64,000 nt of DNA, from positions 10,043,256-10,107,255 of the forward strand of contig NC_085842.1 in the NCBI RefSeq assembly GCF_035594765.1. Direction: 5' to 3'. Below, piece after piece: positions 39,057 through 53,215 of the stretch; position 1 is the first letter of the stretch, and every line of letters begins with the position of its first letter. The stretch is from Anolis carolinensis (Eukaryota). Below the pieces are notes generated by a model that was given only the letters and a program-made list of their open reading frames with translations, was not told where the DNA came from and made no database searches. Both the position numbers and the translations under genes were made by a program.

Positions 39057-41770
39057 AAAGGATGGGAAGAGAAGAGAAAAAGGAAGGAAGGGCAAGAGAA
39101 AAGAAGACAAGGGAAGGGAAGGAAGGAAGGGGAAGAGAAAATAAGGCAAAGGGAAATATGGGAAGAGAAGAGAAAAAGGAAGGAAGGACAAGAGAAAAGA
39201 AGGCAAAGGAAGGGAAGGGAAGGAAGGGGAAGAGAAAATAAGGCAAAGGAAAATATGGGAAGAGAAGAGAAAAAGGAAGGAAGGACAAGACAAAAGAAGA
39301 CAAAGGAAGAGAAGGGAAGGAAGGAAGGGGAAGAGAAAATGAGGCAAATGAAAATATGGGAAGAGAAGAGAAAAAGGAAGGAAGGACAAGACAAAAGAAG
39401 ACAAAGGAAGAGAAGGGAAAGAAGGAAGAGGAAGAGAAAATAAGGCAAAGGAAAATATGGGAAGAGAAGAGAAAAAGGAAGGGAGGACAAGAGAAAAGAA
39501 GACAAAGGAAGGGAAGGGAAGGAAGGAAGGGGAAGAGAAAATAAGGCAAAGGAAAATATGGGAAGAGAAGAGAAAAAGCAAGGAAGGGCAAGAGAAAAGA
39601 AGGCAAAGGAATATATGGGAAGAGAAGAGAAAAAGGAAGGAAGGGCAAGAGAAAAGAAGACAAAGGAAGAGAAGGAAGGAAGGGGAAGAGAAAATAAGGC
39701 AAAGGGAAATATGGGAAGAGAAGAGAAAAAGGAAGGAAGGGCAAGAGAAAAGAAGACAAAGGAAGGGAAGGGAAGGAAGGAAGGGGAAGAGAAAAGAAGG
39801 CAAAGAGAAATATGGGAAGAGAAGAGAAAAAGGAAGGGAGGACAAGAGAAAAGAAGGCAAAGGAAGGGAAGGGAAGGAAGGAAGGGGAAGAGAAAAGAAG
39901 GCAAAGGAAGGGAAGGGAAGGAAGGAAGGGGAAGAGAAAAGAAGGCAAAGAGAAATATGGGAAGAGAAGAGAAAAAGGAAGGAAGGGCAAGAGAAAAGAA
40001 GGCAAAGGAAGAGAAGGGAAGGAAGGAAGGGGAAGAGAAAATAAGGCAAAGGAAAAGATGGGAAGAGAAGAGAAAAAGGAAGGAAGGGCAAGAGAAAAGA
40101 AGACAAAGGAAGGGAAGGGAAGGAAGGAAGGGGAAGAGAAAATAAGGCAAAGGAAAAGATGGGAAGAGAAGAGAAAAAGGAAGGAAGGGCAAGAGAAAAG
40201 AAGACAAAGGAAGGGAAGGGAAGGAAGGAGGGAAGAGAAAAGAAGACAAAGGAAGGGAAGGAAGGAAGGGGAAGAGAAAATAAGGCAAAGGAAAAGATGG
40301 GAAGAGAAGAGAAAAAGGAAGGAAGGACAAGAGAAAAGAAGACAAAGGAAGGGAAGGGAAGGAAGGAAGGGGAAGAGAAAATAAGGCAAAGGAAAATATG
40401 GGAAGAGAAGAGAAAAAGGAAGGAAGGACAAGAGAAAAGAAGACAAAGGAAGGGAAGGGAAGGAAGGGGAAGAGAAAAGAAGACAAAGGAAGGGAAAGAA
40501 GGAAGGGGAAGAGAGAATAAGGCAAAGGAAAAGATGGGAAGAGAAGAGAAAAAGGAAGGAAGGACAAGAGAAAAGAAGACAAAGGAAGGGAAGGAAGGAA
40601 GGGGAAGAGAAAATAAGGCAAAGGAAAAGATGGGAAGAGAAGAGAAAAAGGAAGGAAGGACAAGAGAAAAGAAGACAAGGGAAGGGAAGGAAGGAAGGGG
40701 AAGAGAAAATAAGGCAAAGGAAAAGATGGGAAGAGAAGAGAAAAAGGAAGGAAGGACAAGAGAAAAGAAGACAAAGGAAGGGAAGGGAAGGAAGGAAGGG
40801 GAAGAGAAAAGAAGACAAAGGAAGGGAAGGAAGGAAGGGGAAGAGAAAATAAGGCAAAGGAAAAGATGGGAAGAGAAGAGAAAAAGGAAGGAAGGACAAG
40901 AGAAAAGAAGACAAAGGAAGGGAAGGAAGGAAGGGGAAGAGAAAATAAGGCAAAGGAAAAGATGGGAAGAGAAGAGAAAAAGGAAGGAAGGACAAGAGAA
41001 AAGAAGACAAGGGAAGGGAAGGAAGGAAGGGGAAGAGAAAATAAGGCAAAGGGAAATATGGGAAGAGAAGAGAAAAAGGAAGGAAGGACAAGAGAAAAGA
41101 AGAGAAAGGAAGGAAGGGGAAGAGAAAATAAGGCAAAGGAAAATATGGGAAGAGAAGAGAAAAAGGAAGGAAGGACAAGACAAAAGAAGACAAAGGAAGA
41201 GAAGGGAAAGAAGGAAGGGGAAGAGAAAAGACAAAAGGAAGGGAAGGGAAGGAAGGAAGGGCAAGAGAAAATAAGGCAAAGGAAAATATGGGAAGAGAAG
41301 AGAAAAAGGAAGGAAGGACAAGAGAAAAGAAGAGAAAGGAAGGGAAGGAAGGAAGGAAGGGGAAGAGAAAATGAGGCAAATGAAAATATGGGAAGAGAAG
41401 AGAAAAAGGAAGGAAGGACAAGACAAAAGAAGACAAAGGAAGAGAAGGGAAGGAAGGAAGGGGAAGAGAAAATGAGGCAAATGAAAATATGGGAAGAGAA
41501 GAGAAAAAGGAAGGAAGGACAAGACAAAAGAAGACAAAGGAAGAGAAGGGAAAGAAGGAAGGGGAAGAGAAAAGACAAAAGGAAGGGAAGGGAAGGAAGG
41601 AAGGGCAAGAGAAAATAAGGCAAAGGAAAATATGGGAAGAGAAGAGAAAAAGGAAGGAAGGGCAAGAGAAAAGAAGGGAAGAGAAGGGAAGGAAGGAAGG
41701 AAGGGCAAGGGAAAGAGGGCAAAGGGATGGAAGGGAAGAGAAAAGGGGAAGTAAAGAATGGCAAGAGAAA
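39057..41770 (+). repeat. expanded polypurine minisatellite (~2.7 kb, unit ~90-100 bp); second GA tract at ~42008-42483
   Basis: Recurrent atgggaagagaagagaaaaaggaagg anchor; almost no pyrimidines on the + strand. Confidence 0.97.
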
Positions 41771-42807
41771 ATAATAATGATGATGACGATGATGATGAAT
41801 CTTTATTTATATCCTGCTTTTCTCCCTCACTGGACCCAAAGCGGCTTACAACATATTAAACTCACATAAACAACAATCAGAGTACATCAATAATATAACC
41901 ATAATAGGATAAACAGATTAAGGAAAAACAATTACAGTATGCATTCAAGTTCTTGAGGCATCAAATGAGACATATATTGTACTCTACTCAAGTCCATAAC
42001 ATATGATGGGCAAAGGAAGGGAAGGGAAGAGAAAGAAAAAGCAAGGAAAGAAGGCAAGAGAAAAGAAGGCAAAGGAAGGGAAGGGAAGAGAAAGAAAAAG
42101 GAAGGAAGACAAGAGAAAAGGCAAAGGGAAGGAAGGGAAGAGAAAAGGAAGGAAGGGCAAGAGAAAAGTAGACAAAGGAAGGGAAGGAAGGGAAGAGAAA
42201 AGGAAGGGCAAGAGAAAAGAAGGAAAAGGAAATGAAGTGAAGGGAAGAAAAAAGGAAAGAAGGGCAAGAGAAAAGGCAAAGGGGAGAAAAGGGAGGGAAG
42301 AGAAAAAGGATGGAAGAGGAAGAGAAAAGGCAGCAAAGGGCAGGATGGGAAGGGAAGAGAAAAAGGAAGGAATGAAGGGCAAGAGAAAAGAACGCAAAGG
42401 AAGGGACAAGAAGACAAGGATAGAAGGAAAGAAGGAAGAAAAGGGAAGGAAGGGCAAGAGAAAAGAAAGCAAAGGAAGGGAAGCTTAGAAGGCAGACCGT
42501 ATTTTAGTTCTTGCGAACCACTGGTAGTCCGTGGACCACTGGTTGAGAGCCACTGTCTGAAAGGGAAGGGGCTAACTCTGGATCCCTCCCATAACGGCCA
42601 TTTACAATATTCAAGCTGACCAGTCCTGACTAAAGAGGAAAACAGAGGATGTGTCTGTAGGGGCACAACGTTCACAAACTGGACATTTAAACCAAGGTGG
42701 AAATGGAGCTGGAAACTAAGACCAGAGGAACAAGTGATGGAATCACTTATGGTTTATTTCTTTTCAGACGAGGTGACAAGACTTAACTTAATATTTAACT
42801 CTCTGAA

Positions 42808-43135
42808 TGTCAGGATGCAAAAAGATCAGCATTCTCCAAGCTGTTCTTTTCACACCTGACTACAACAAATCGGATAAATTTGGCTGGGAAGGCTGGTTTA
42901 TGACAGGGTCTGGTCTTCAAACGTGGGAAAGGACAAAAGGAAAGGGAGGTGTGAATGGAGAAGAAGAGACGTGAAGGGAGGAGGGAAGCAACCACCCAAT
43001 ATACTGAGGGGAAAGAGCGGAAGACGGGCAGTAGAAGCTTTGCGGCCATTTTGGCAAGGCGGATTCAATAAAGTTTTCCATAGCTACAAGCTGTGTGAGC
43101 CTATCTTTGTCTCCTACACCTTCCAGGAACTGACA
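42808..43135 (+). mobile_element. solo LTR (328 bp, Gypsy-like), copy-2-specific
   Basis: tgtcag...ctgaca termini; 5-bp TSD ctgaa (42803-42807, 43136-43140); internal AATAAA; empty site at ~16720. Confidence 0.88.
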
Positions 43136-43437
43136 CTGAAGCAGTGGTCCTCAACCTGTGGGTCCCCGGGTGTTTTGGCCTACAACTCCCAGAAATCCCA
43201 GCCAGTTTACCAGCTGTTAGGCTTTATGGAAGTTGAAGGCCAAAACATCTGTGGACCCACAGGTTGAGAACCACTGCTCTGAAGGATTGTCACACAGAGC
43301 TTTCTTTCTGCTGCTCCAGAGAACAGACCTCCAACTTACAGGTTCAAATGACAAGAACGGGGACTTCACCAAATCTGACGCAGAACTTCTCAAAGGGTCC
43401 TGTTTGAAATCAGACATTTACCCACAATGGCTGTTTT

Positions 43438-44817
<1,380 letters not shown>

Positions 44818-45249
44818 TCATTCCTCAGTGTGAGTGATAAGGAAGTGGGATAAGAAGTGGACTGAAATGATCCTTAAAACAATATAGACCTAGAAGAAAC
44901 AAAGATATGCCTGTTGTCCTTTCCCCTCCCCTTGTTCAGTGAAGATGGACCCTGGTTGTCTGCCTGGAGCCTCTAAGAGAGAGATGAGTAACATACGCTC
45001 CAGAGGCTCCCTGTTGCTCAGCCCAGCCCGGTTTTTTATTCCGTCTCCTTCTCTCTGGGGAATGGATGCCTTTTCCCTTCACATCCAAATGCTTGCCTTT
45101 TTCTCTAGCTTTAGACTTTACCAACTACCACCCATTTCACCATCCTTCCCTCCTTTTTCTTTCTCTCCCCCAATCCCAGTTCTCTCTTCCCATGCTCCCT
45201 TAAGGTTGGATTTTTCCGCTCCAACGTAGAAGATCCCATACCTAATTTC

Positions 45250-47245
45250 AGAGTAGAGCAGAGTCTCGATGATCCAACATAAACTGGCTGGCAGAACATT
45301 GGATAAGTGAAAATGTTGGATAACAAGGAGGGATTAAGGAAAAGCCTATCAAAGGTCAAATTGCATTATGATTTTACAAATTAAGCACCAAAGATCATGT
45401 TCTACAACAAATTGACAGGAAAAGCAGTTCAATACATGGTAACATTATGGAGAAATCACTGTATTTACAAATTTAGCACCAAAACATAGCAATGTATTGA
45501 AAGCAGTGACTACAAAAATATTTACTACTAAAAAATTGACTATAAATATAGAATTGCATAAAACAACACTGTTGGAAGTTAAATCCATAAAAAGTTCAGT
45601 CTTGTCAAGATTTTTTAAAATCTGTGACCCTTGCCTGCTTTTCCAGCGATTGCCATTTCTCCGCTGCCAAGTCTCGCCATCTTTGCGAGATCAACTTATT
45701 CCATTTCTTCTATCCTTGCCGAGAATAGCTTCCTGCAATAGTTCCTTTTGAGCTCTTCCAAAACGCCCTGATCCATCGGTTGGCATATGACGGTTACATT
45801 CGGTGGCAGAAACATCGCCTTCATGTCCCCCTCTTGAAGCTCCTCTGCATCAGGGTGCGTCGGGGCATTGTCTAGCAACAAAACCGCTTTCCTGGGCAGG
45901 TAAATTTCCTTCAAAAATTCCTCCGTGGAAGGAACAAATTCCTTAGGGCTGGGCTGTAGCACAACTGGTAAATCAACAGCAGTAATAAGATCCACCAACC
46001 GAAAGGTGGCCAGTTTGAAGCCCGGTCGGGGGTGAGCGCTCGACCTCCAACCCAGCTCACTGTTTACCTAAGCAGTTCGAAAACAGTTTACAAGCTGTAA
46101 ATAGAGAAATGAGGTAACGCAAATTGTGGGGGAGGTATTTTAAAACACCATAAAGAACAAGACCAGAAATGCGGTGACCAAGAGGAAGGTGGAAGGAGGA
46201 AGTTCTGATGGCTCTTTGTCACAGAGAATGAAGCAACAGCACCCCTGTGACTGAATCTGAGCAGAACATCAGCCTCCAAGGCACCAAAAACCTGGACTTC
46301 AAGACTACGTACCTCCTTCTGTTTGTCTTATTCTGTTCTGTCCTGTCTCCAAACAGCATTGAATGGTTGCCGTGTATGTGTATTGTGATCCGCCCTGAGT
46401 CCCCTTGGGGAGATAGGATGGAATATAGTTATTATAATAATAATAGTCTTTTGAACATTTCACTGGTCATCAACAAACCTTTTTGATTGTAGTATTTAAC
46501 AGGAAGAGCATTTTTTGAAACTGTTTTAAAGGCTCTTGGATTTTTGGGCTTCCCAATCATTGCGAGGTCCATTTTGTGGTTTGCTGTAGCACTGCTGCAT
46601 GCTAACATTGTCAGCCTTTCTTTGCTGTGCTTTTAGCCAGGGGCTGCTGCTTCAGTTCTGGCTGCAAGACTCCTGCTCGGTAAAATTTTGCAATTGAGGC
46701 TGGTCTCGTCACAATCAAACATCTGATCACCCGTTAGGCTTTCAGTTTCAACAAAGTCTTGAATTTTTTTTCCCCTTGAATTTCTTTCTTGAATGCCTCT
46801 ATTTCTTGAAAATTTGATGACAGCTTCTCACCACAAACACTTAACTGATGGATTCCATAACGTTTCTTCCACCAGTCGAGCCAATGCTTGCTGTAAAATC
46901 TGATTCCCCTTCATTAAATTCTTTTTGAAAACGCAATACCTTTTGCTGTAAAATAGGCCCTGAAATACACACACCTTTGTCTCTCAGCTGCGTAAACCAA
47001 ACATACAAAGCTTCAATAACTTTTTCATAGTCACATTTTTCATTGTTTTCCTCTCTTTCAGCACACCATCGGTAACTTTGGAGAACACCATTTTTCTATC
47101 TGCAATCGATTCCATTTCCATTCTCCTACTGCTACCCGTTCGACACCATAGTTGTTGGCTACCTTCTGCCTTGTCTCTCCTTTGTCCAGGTTTCTGCTCC
47201 ATGGATCCAACGACCTTCTTTCTCTTTGTCGCCATACTCACGCAG
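45250..47245 (-). mobile_element. near-complete decayed Tigger/pogo transposon with nested SINE (intronic)
   Basis: MATKRKKVV N-terminus; FTAS..WLDWWKKRYGI...GEKLS; MFDCDETSL; LLDNAPTHP...QPMDQG. Confidence 0.85.
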
Positions 47246-49017
47246 AAGAAAGCACATGCACAGATCAGTGGCCCTCCTGGCAGGTGTCTGGTGCACAGAG
47301 AGACCCACTGTATGTTGCTGCCGAGAGAAACAGCCGTGGATCCCGGTGGGAGACAGACTGCGCCGGATGATACATGTCACGCTTACTTCAAACGACCAGC
47401 ATGAACACAGACCAAAGGTAGCTGTTATCAAAACCAATCTTTATTGAAGAACACACGACTTTGGAAAAGTCGAGAATGACATAATGTTTACACACAATCA
47501 TTTTTATCACCTTTGCTACAACGTCACACCACACGTAAATATCATCACCAAACCCCACCCCACATATCACATTACTACCACTACAACACCAACTATTCAT
47601 TAAAGCTGTTTTGATTCTCACTCCAAAAGTTCCCATGCTCCGGTGCCAGGTGTCTGCATGAGCTATCGAGGAGTGCTTGTTGTTATGGCTCCAATTCCAG
47701 AGCTTGCAGACTCAGCTCTGGGAATTGGCCCCATGACAATACAGATACACTTCTCCCATCAACTGCCAAATGGGACTCTTACACTTTATGGAAGTTGGCT
47801 GTAAATATGAGTTCCAAAGGGATAGATTTGCCTGACAAAGCTGTGAACGTGCAAAACCGTGACAGTAAAGAAAAGGTGGAGAACAATGATGAAGGCAGAA
47901 AAGGGAACAAAAAAGGGATGTCTGTAGGACTTGGCCAGATAGAGTGGCATCCACGTAACATCCCACGTGAGAGAGAAGAGACGGCCTCCACACCATCCCA
48001 GTTTGGGAGGAAGGACAAGACTGGACCAGAGGAAAGAGCTGCTGATCCATCTGTTGTGATTCAACCCCACGCTGCTCAAGTCTGCAGTCCCCAATGAGAA
48101 ACAGGGAGCTAGTTTCAGAACAGGCTGGGGGAATCCCTCCCCCTTGTCTCCTGATTGACAGTTGGGATGTATCTATTTGTTCTTTCTCTGTTTCTTTCTC
48201 TCTTTCTCTCATTCTGATTAGTTTTGTAGAATAGTGCAAGATTTCTGACTTTTATATCTCCGTGTGTGCTGTGTGCATTGAGACCTCTCTCTGCTTGTGT
48301 CTCAGGAGAGATGTAGGGCTTGGAATTTTTCCCTCCCTTTTAAATCCGAGAAGAGATGGAAACAGAGAGTAGCTCAGACCCAGTCATTGACTATTAAGAA
48401 ATGTAGTTAGTGTTTTTTGTAAACACTGGGCTGTATGGCCATGTTTTCTGGGCTGTATGGCTATGTTTCAGAAGTATTCTCTCCTGATGTTTGCCTGCAT
48501 CTATGGCAGGCATCCTCAGAGGTTGTCAGGTATATGGGAAAAACAGATCTATAAACCTCACTAGCCTAGTTTCCAATATACCTCCCACCTCTCAGGATAC
48601 CTGCCATAAATACGGGCGAAACGTTAGGAGAGAGGGGGAACCAGGAAGACAGTTCCATCTTGTCTACTGTGCCATCAGTTGGAGGCCCAACTGATGCTCT
48701 GGGGCCTTCCCCCTAGTAACATGCTATGCTAATAATATAATATTTATTACATATATATAGTGTATATAATGTACAATATAAAATACAGTAATATGTAATA
48801 TATTTGAGAGAGGGGGAATATGCTTTGACTCCAGTTATGGTAATCTTCCCACTTGAGTCTGAATTGGCACTAATGTTATATTATTATTGTTGTTGTTGTT
48901 ACTCTTATGTCATATATTTCTAACATAAGCCCTGCCTTACAGACCCTCAGTGACTGTGATGATTTAGGATAATACTGCCTTTTGAAACAGAAATCCCCAT
49001 CAGTGAGGGAGCCTTAC

Positions 49018-49144
49018 CAAGAGAGTCCACAATCCCATTCATCTCCTCCATGACCTGCTTGTGCAAGGCTTTCTGGTCCGGATTCAGGAGAACCCACTCC
49101 TCCAGGGAGAAATCCACAGCCACGTCCTCAAAGGCGATTGGGCC
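49018..49144 (-). CDS. C2 coding exon 4: KRAB-A box (127 nt)
   Basis: [43 protein letters not shown]; acceptor cttcttccgccag|, donor g|gtaagg; not in the ORF track. Confidence 0.92.
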
Positions 49145-49359
49145 CTGGCGGAAGAAGAAAAGATTCCCGTCTCACATGGGAGCGATCAAGAAAAAGAATA
49201 ACAAGAAATTCTTTAAAGTAGATTTACATTCCTGTTGGTTGTTTGAAAGGGAAAGGGCCAAGGCCTCCATGCCACAGTTGTAAGCTTTCTAGAGATGACG
49301 GGTTGGTCAGTCAGAACCATTTCTCAATTGATACGTAGAATCAGAAATGGAATCTGAGC

Positions 49360-50100
49360 ATGTTCCAGCCTTTATTGTGGTGCCCAGAACTGGACACAGT
49401 GTTGTTCCAGGTGAGGTCTCCCCAAAGCAGAAAGAAGGACACAATATTCCTTAGGATGGAGCCCAAAATCCCATTGTCTTTTCATCTGCTGCCTCACATT
49501 GTTGGCTCATGTTCCACTTGTAGTCCTCTAACACTCCAAGATCCCATCATATGAATGCCTGTCAAGCCAGGTGTCGCCCACCCTGTACCTGTGCATGGCA
49601 TTTCTCTCCTGCCTAAGTGTACTACTCTACATATATTCTTGTTGACATTAAGTGGGTTAGTTTTGGCCCAGCTCTCCACCATGTTAAGGCCAGAATTTTG
49701 AATTCTGATCCTATCTTCTAGACTGTCAGCTATACCTGCTAATTTGGTGTCATCTGAAAACCTGATACGCGTGTTGAGCAGTACTGGGCCCAGGACAGAA
49801 CCCTGCGACACTCCACCCTTTGTCGCTCAAACCATTACAAATCCTCCGAACAGGAGTATTATCCAGCCCACTTTTTACTAGTTGTTTGTGAAACCATGGG
49901 AGGCCTTTCCAGAGGTCTCACTGAAAGCAAGATGTGCTACATCCACTGCATTTGCTTCCTCTACCAAGCTTGTAGCTCTACTGAAAAGTACATTAGTCTG
50001 GCATGACTTGTTTTGGAGAAACTCATCTTGTCCTTCAGTGATTACAGCACTTTTCCCAAGTGATTCCAGATGGCCTTCTTCATGATCTGCTCCAACATTT
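49360..50100 (-). mobile_element. decayed CR1 RT fragments
   Basis: SQGSVLGPVL, FSDDTKL, KSCQTN motifs. Confidence 0.78.
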
Positions 50101-50114
50101 TTCCTGTTATTTAG

Positions 50115-50880
50115 GTCAAGATAACGGGTGACTTCAATGCAAGGGTAGGATCTAGTTGAATAAATGTGTTGAGAGAAGAGGGCCTGGATGAAGATCCCTT
50201 CAACTCTCTCCTGACACCAAAAGCCCGACACTCTAAGGACCAAGCGTGAAACCAAGCCGGAAAGTGCCTGACCAAAATGGCCACGCAGCTCAACCTGTCT
50301 CGGCTAAATGGACTTACTCAGTTTCCTGACTCTGGAGAATATACATTGGTCTCACCAAGGGGCTCTAGTGTCATAGACTATCTTCTGACTTCTCCCTCCA
50401 TAGCTAGTGACATTGATTCATTTGCTATAGACAATTCCTTGCTTAGTGATCATCTATCTCCCACTTCTCCTGGTTTTGGAGAGAAGCAGCACTTCCCCAC
50501 CTGGACAAGCCTACCCACAATACACCAGGCTGAAGCGGAACGTTAAGACAAAAGGGGTGTGCCTGGATATCTTGAACTCTTAGGAAGTGTTGTCCATAGA
50601 AACTATGATCATTGAAATCCCAGATTTCGAGGAGGCATCACCGGGTTTGAATCCCTTATAAAACCTATCTTTTAAAAACTATACGATTGGCAAAGAATGC
50701 CGAGGCAACCCAGGGTCAGATCCAAAAATTGGTTCGATAAAGAGTGCATAATAGCAAACAAACAGATCCGCTCCCTCTATAACTATTATCGATCCACATC
50801 AAACGATCTCCTCCTTATAAACATTCGGGAGTCTAAACAGCTGCTCCAACTGCTTATGGGACAAGTCAAGATAACTGGAT
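50115..50880 (+). mobile_element. non-LTR retrotransposon APE endonuclease fragment
   Basis: ITGDFNARVG...SVIDYLL...SDHL...WFDKEC. Confidence 0.8.
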
Positions 50881-51591
50881 GGTCATTGTTAGGGGACCTC
50901 TTTTTGGTCCATTCTTGAAGATAGAGACAACCTTTGCCTCCTCCACCCGGCTGGGATTTCTCCTGTTCCCAAAAATGAAGGAAGAGGATTGACAGTGGTT
51001 CTGGGATTACTGCTGTTAGTTCAATACCCTTGGCTGTAGTTCACCTGGCCCTGGAGACTGGGATTCATTGAGCGTGGCCAAGTATTCCTGGACCACTTCT
51101 TTACCCATTTTGGGTTGCATTTCCCCAGTTGCTCCATCTTGCTCAGGTAGAATACCCATTTCCTTTTGGGAGATCATGTTCTAACTCTTGCCTATCCCCG
51201 GTTAGCATTCCACCACCTTCTCCAGGCACAGACCCTACTCTTGGCACATTTTTTCATCTGACCTCATTTTCTGAGTTAGACCTTTTCCCTACTTATGCTG
51301 ATTAGTTGTTTACATTCCTTGGTGATCCCCCCCCCCTTTCCATTTCCTGTACATGTCCCTTTTCAATCATAGCTCCGTTGAAATTTCTTTGCACATCGAT
51401 TCTGGTTTCTTTAGTTCTCTCTTCATTTTTTCCCTCCTTGTTGGCACGGTTTGTAATTGTACCTTCCGTATTTCACTTCTAAGGAAACGCATTCCATCTT
51501 GTCTGTTTCAACAGATATTTGGCCATTAATCCTGGAACCAAAGGCACCCCGGCAGGCCCAGTCCTCCTCTCCCAGGAATCCTTCTGCTTAC

Positions 51592-51662
51592 CTGACTCAG
51601 TCCCACTCCATCGCAAAGGGGGAGAAACGGCTGAGGATTCGGCAACAGCATCATTCCAGACC
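51592..51662 (-). CDS. C2 coding exon 3 (71 nt)
   Basis: ctctctccag| ... cag|gtaagc; open, and phase-compatible with both exon 2 and the KRAB exon. Confidence 0.78.
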
Positions 51663-52380
51663 CTGGAGAGAGAGCAAGGGGTGGAAAGCTGGTCACAGAA
51701 ACAGGCCTCAGAGGTGACCATTGCAGTCCTATAAAGAAACCGATGAGTTAGGGTTTAGGACTTTATCTCGCAAGCAGTGCTGTGAGGATGTTCGAATGAA
51801 ACTAGTATTGGGCTTGGTGGTTCAACTGACTAAAGTGATTCTTTGCTGTCTGTTTGTCTTCCAGCTCAGTTTCAGGGCTCGGCTCAGCTTAGGGTCCCAC
51901 CTGGGAAGACACTGAAGGCTGCGTTTTCTTGCCTATTGCAAGAAAGAAAACTGCAAATCAAACTGAAGTTACACCTCTAGCAACTGAATGCGTACATATA
52001 ACAATAACAATAATAATGATGATAATAATAATAATAATTTTATTTCTTACTCGCCTCTCCTTGCAGTTCGAGGGTGGTTACAACATAATTTTAAAACAGA
52101 AACATTGTCAAAATTCAACAAAGAAAGATATATATATAGTTGTTATATATATATAACAACTATAAAAGATCTACATTAAAACTGCCTTTCTATAAAATAC
52201 ATATTAAGTCCATAAAACATCACACAAAGGACATGAGTTTAAGATATATACCCATCTCAAGGCCAAATGATCCGGCATGTTCACCTTCTGAAGCTCAAAC
52301 CGTGGGTGTACAATCATCCCCCCAAAGCGGGATTTCCACTGGCACAAAACCCCAAAACTCCCAGAAGAGTTCCTTCTCAC

Positions 52381-52495
52381 CCTGCAAGGCGGCAGCCCCG
52401 TCTCCTTCCCGATTCAGCTCCTTCTGCCTGAGACTCTGGGTGGTGTCTGGTGGAGATTCCTCTGGTGCAGGGACTTCCATGACATTATTATGGGC
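52381..52495 (-). CDS. C2 coding exon 2 (115 nt)
   Basis: gctctttcag|gcccataat ... cagg|gtgaga. Confidence 0.8.
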
Positions 52496-52825
52496 CTGAA
52501 AGAGCACAGAGCGTTCCAGAAGGAGTTTGGGAAAAGTTCAAAAATATCACAGACCTATAGACCTTTTTGGAAAGGTCTGAGATGGCAACCTAGTTTGGAA
52601 CCAATGCCCCCCTCCCCCTCCCATCATTGTCTATGTTCTATCTTGAGTCGAGCATCAACCAAGCTGACGGTAGAGATGGAGGGGCAGAGCAGGTGGGGAG
52701 AGAGGCCGAGGGAGCAGGGCCTTGCTTATCCCCCACATCGGTCCCATCTTGGAAGAAAGGCAGGGTGTACGTTCAACCTGTCCATCAGTCCCCAGGTTAG
52801 TGAAACCCAGAGGGAATGCTCTCAC

Positions 52826-53215
52826 CTGTCCTTCCTGCTCCTTGTCCTCGGCCCGACTCAGGAGGAAGCCTTCCGCCAGGGCCACCGCCTGGGAACAGGT
52901 CTCTGCCCCACACTCTCGGACCCAGCTCCCCATCTCTGGGGGCAGGATGCTCAGGAACTGCTCCAGGGTCACCAGGTCCAGCACCTCGGCCTTGGTGTGC
53001 TGCTCTGGCTTCAGCCACTGGCGGCACAGGTCGTGGAGACGACTGCAAACCCCTCTGGGTCCTTCACCCTCTTGGTAGGAGGACTGCCTGAAGCGCTGGC
53101 GCTGTGTGTCCGAGCTGTCAAGGTCCACACTCAGGGACTCATGTCTGGTTCTTTCCCAGGATTCCCCACTGCCCCCAGGTCCTGCTTCAGGCCCACGTGA
53201 GTTGGGTCTCTCCAT
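52826..53215 (-). CDS. C2 coding exon 1: SCAN domain. Full model 390+115+71+127+1358 = 2061 nt, a 686-aa ZKSCAN-like protein
   Basis: SCAN motif; all five exons have GT-AG sites and compatible phases. Confidence 0.93.

Noticed and set aside
38843-41764. 800-970-aa F/L/P/S-rich and K/R/E/G-rich ORFs
   Set aside because: By-product of the polypurine minisatellite.
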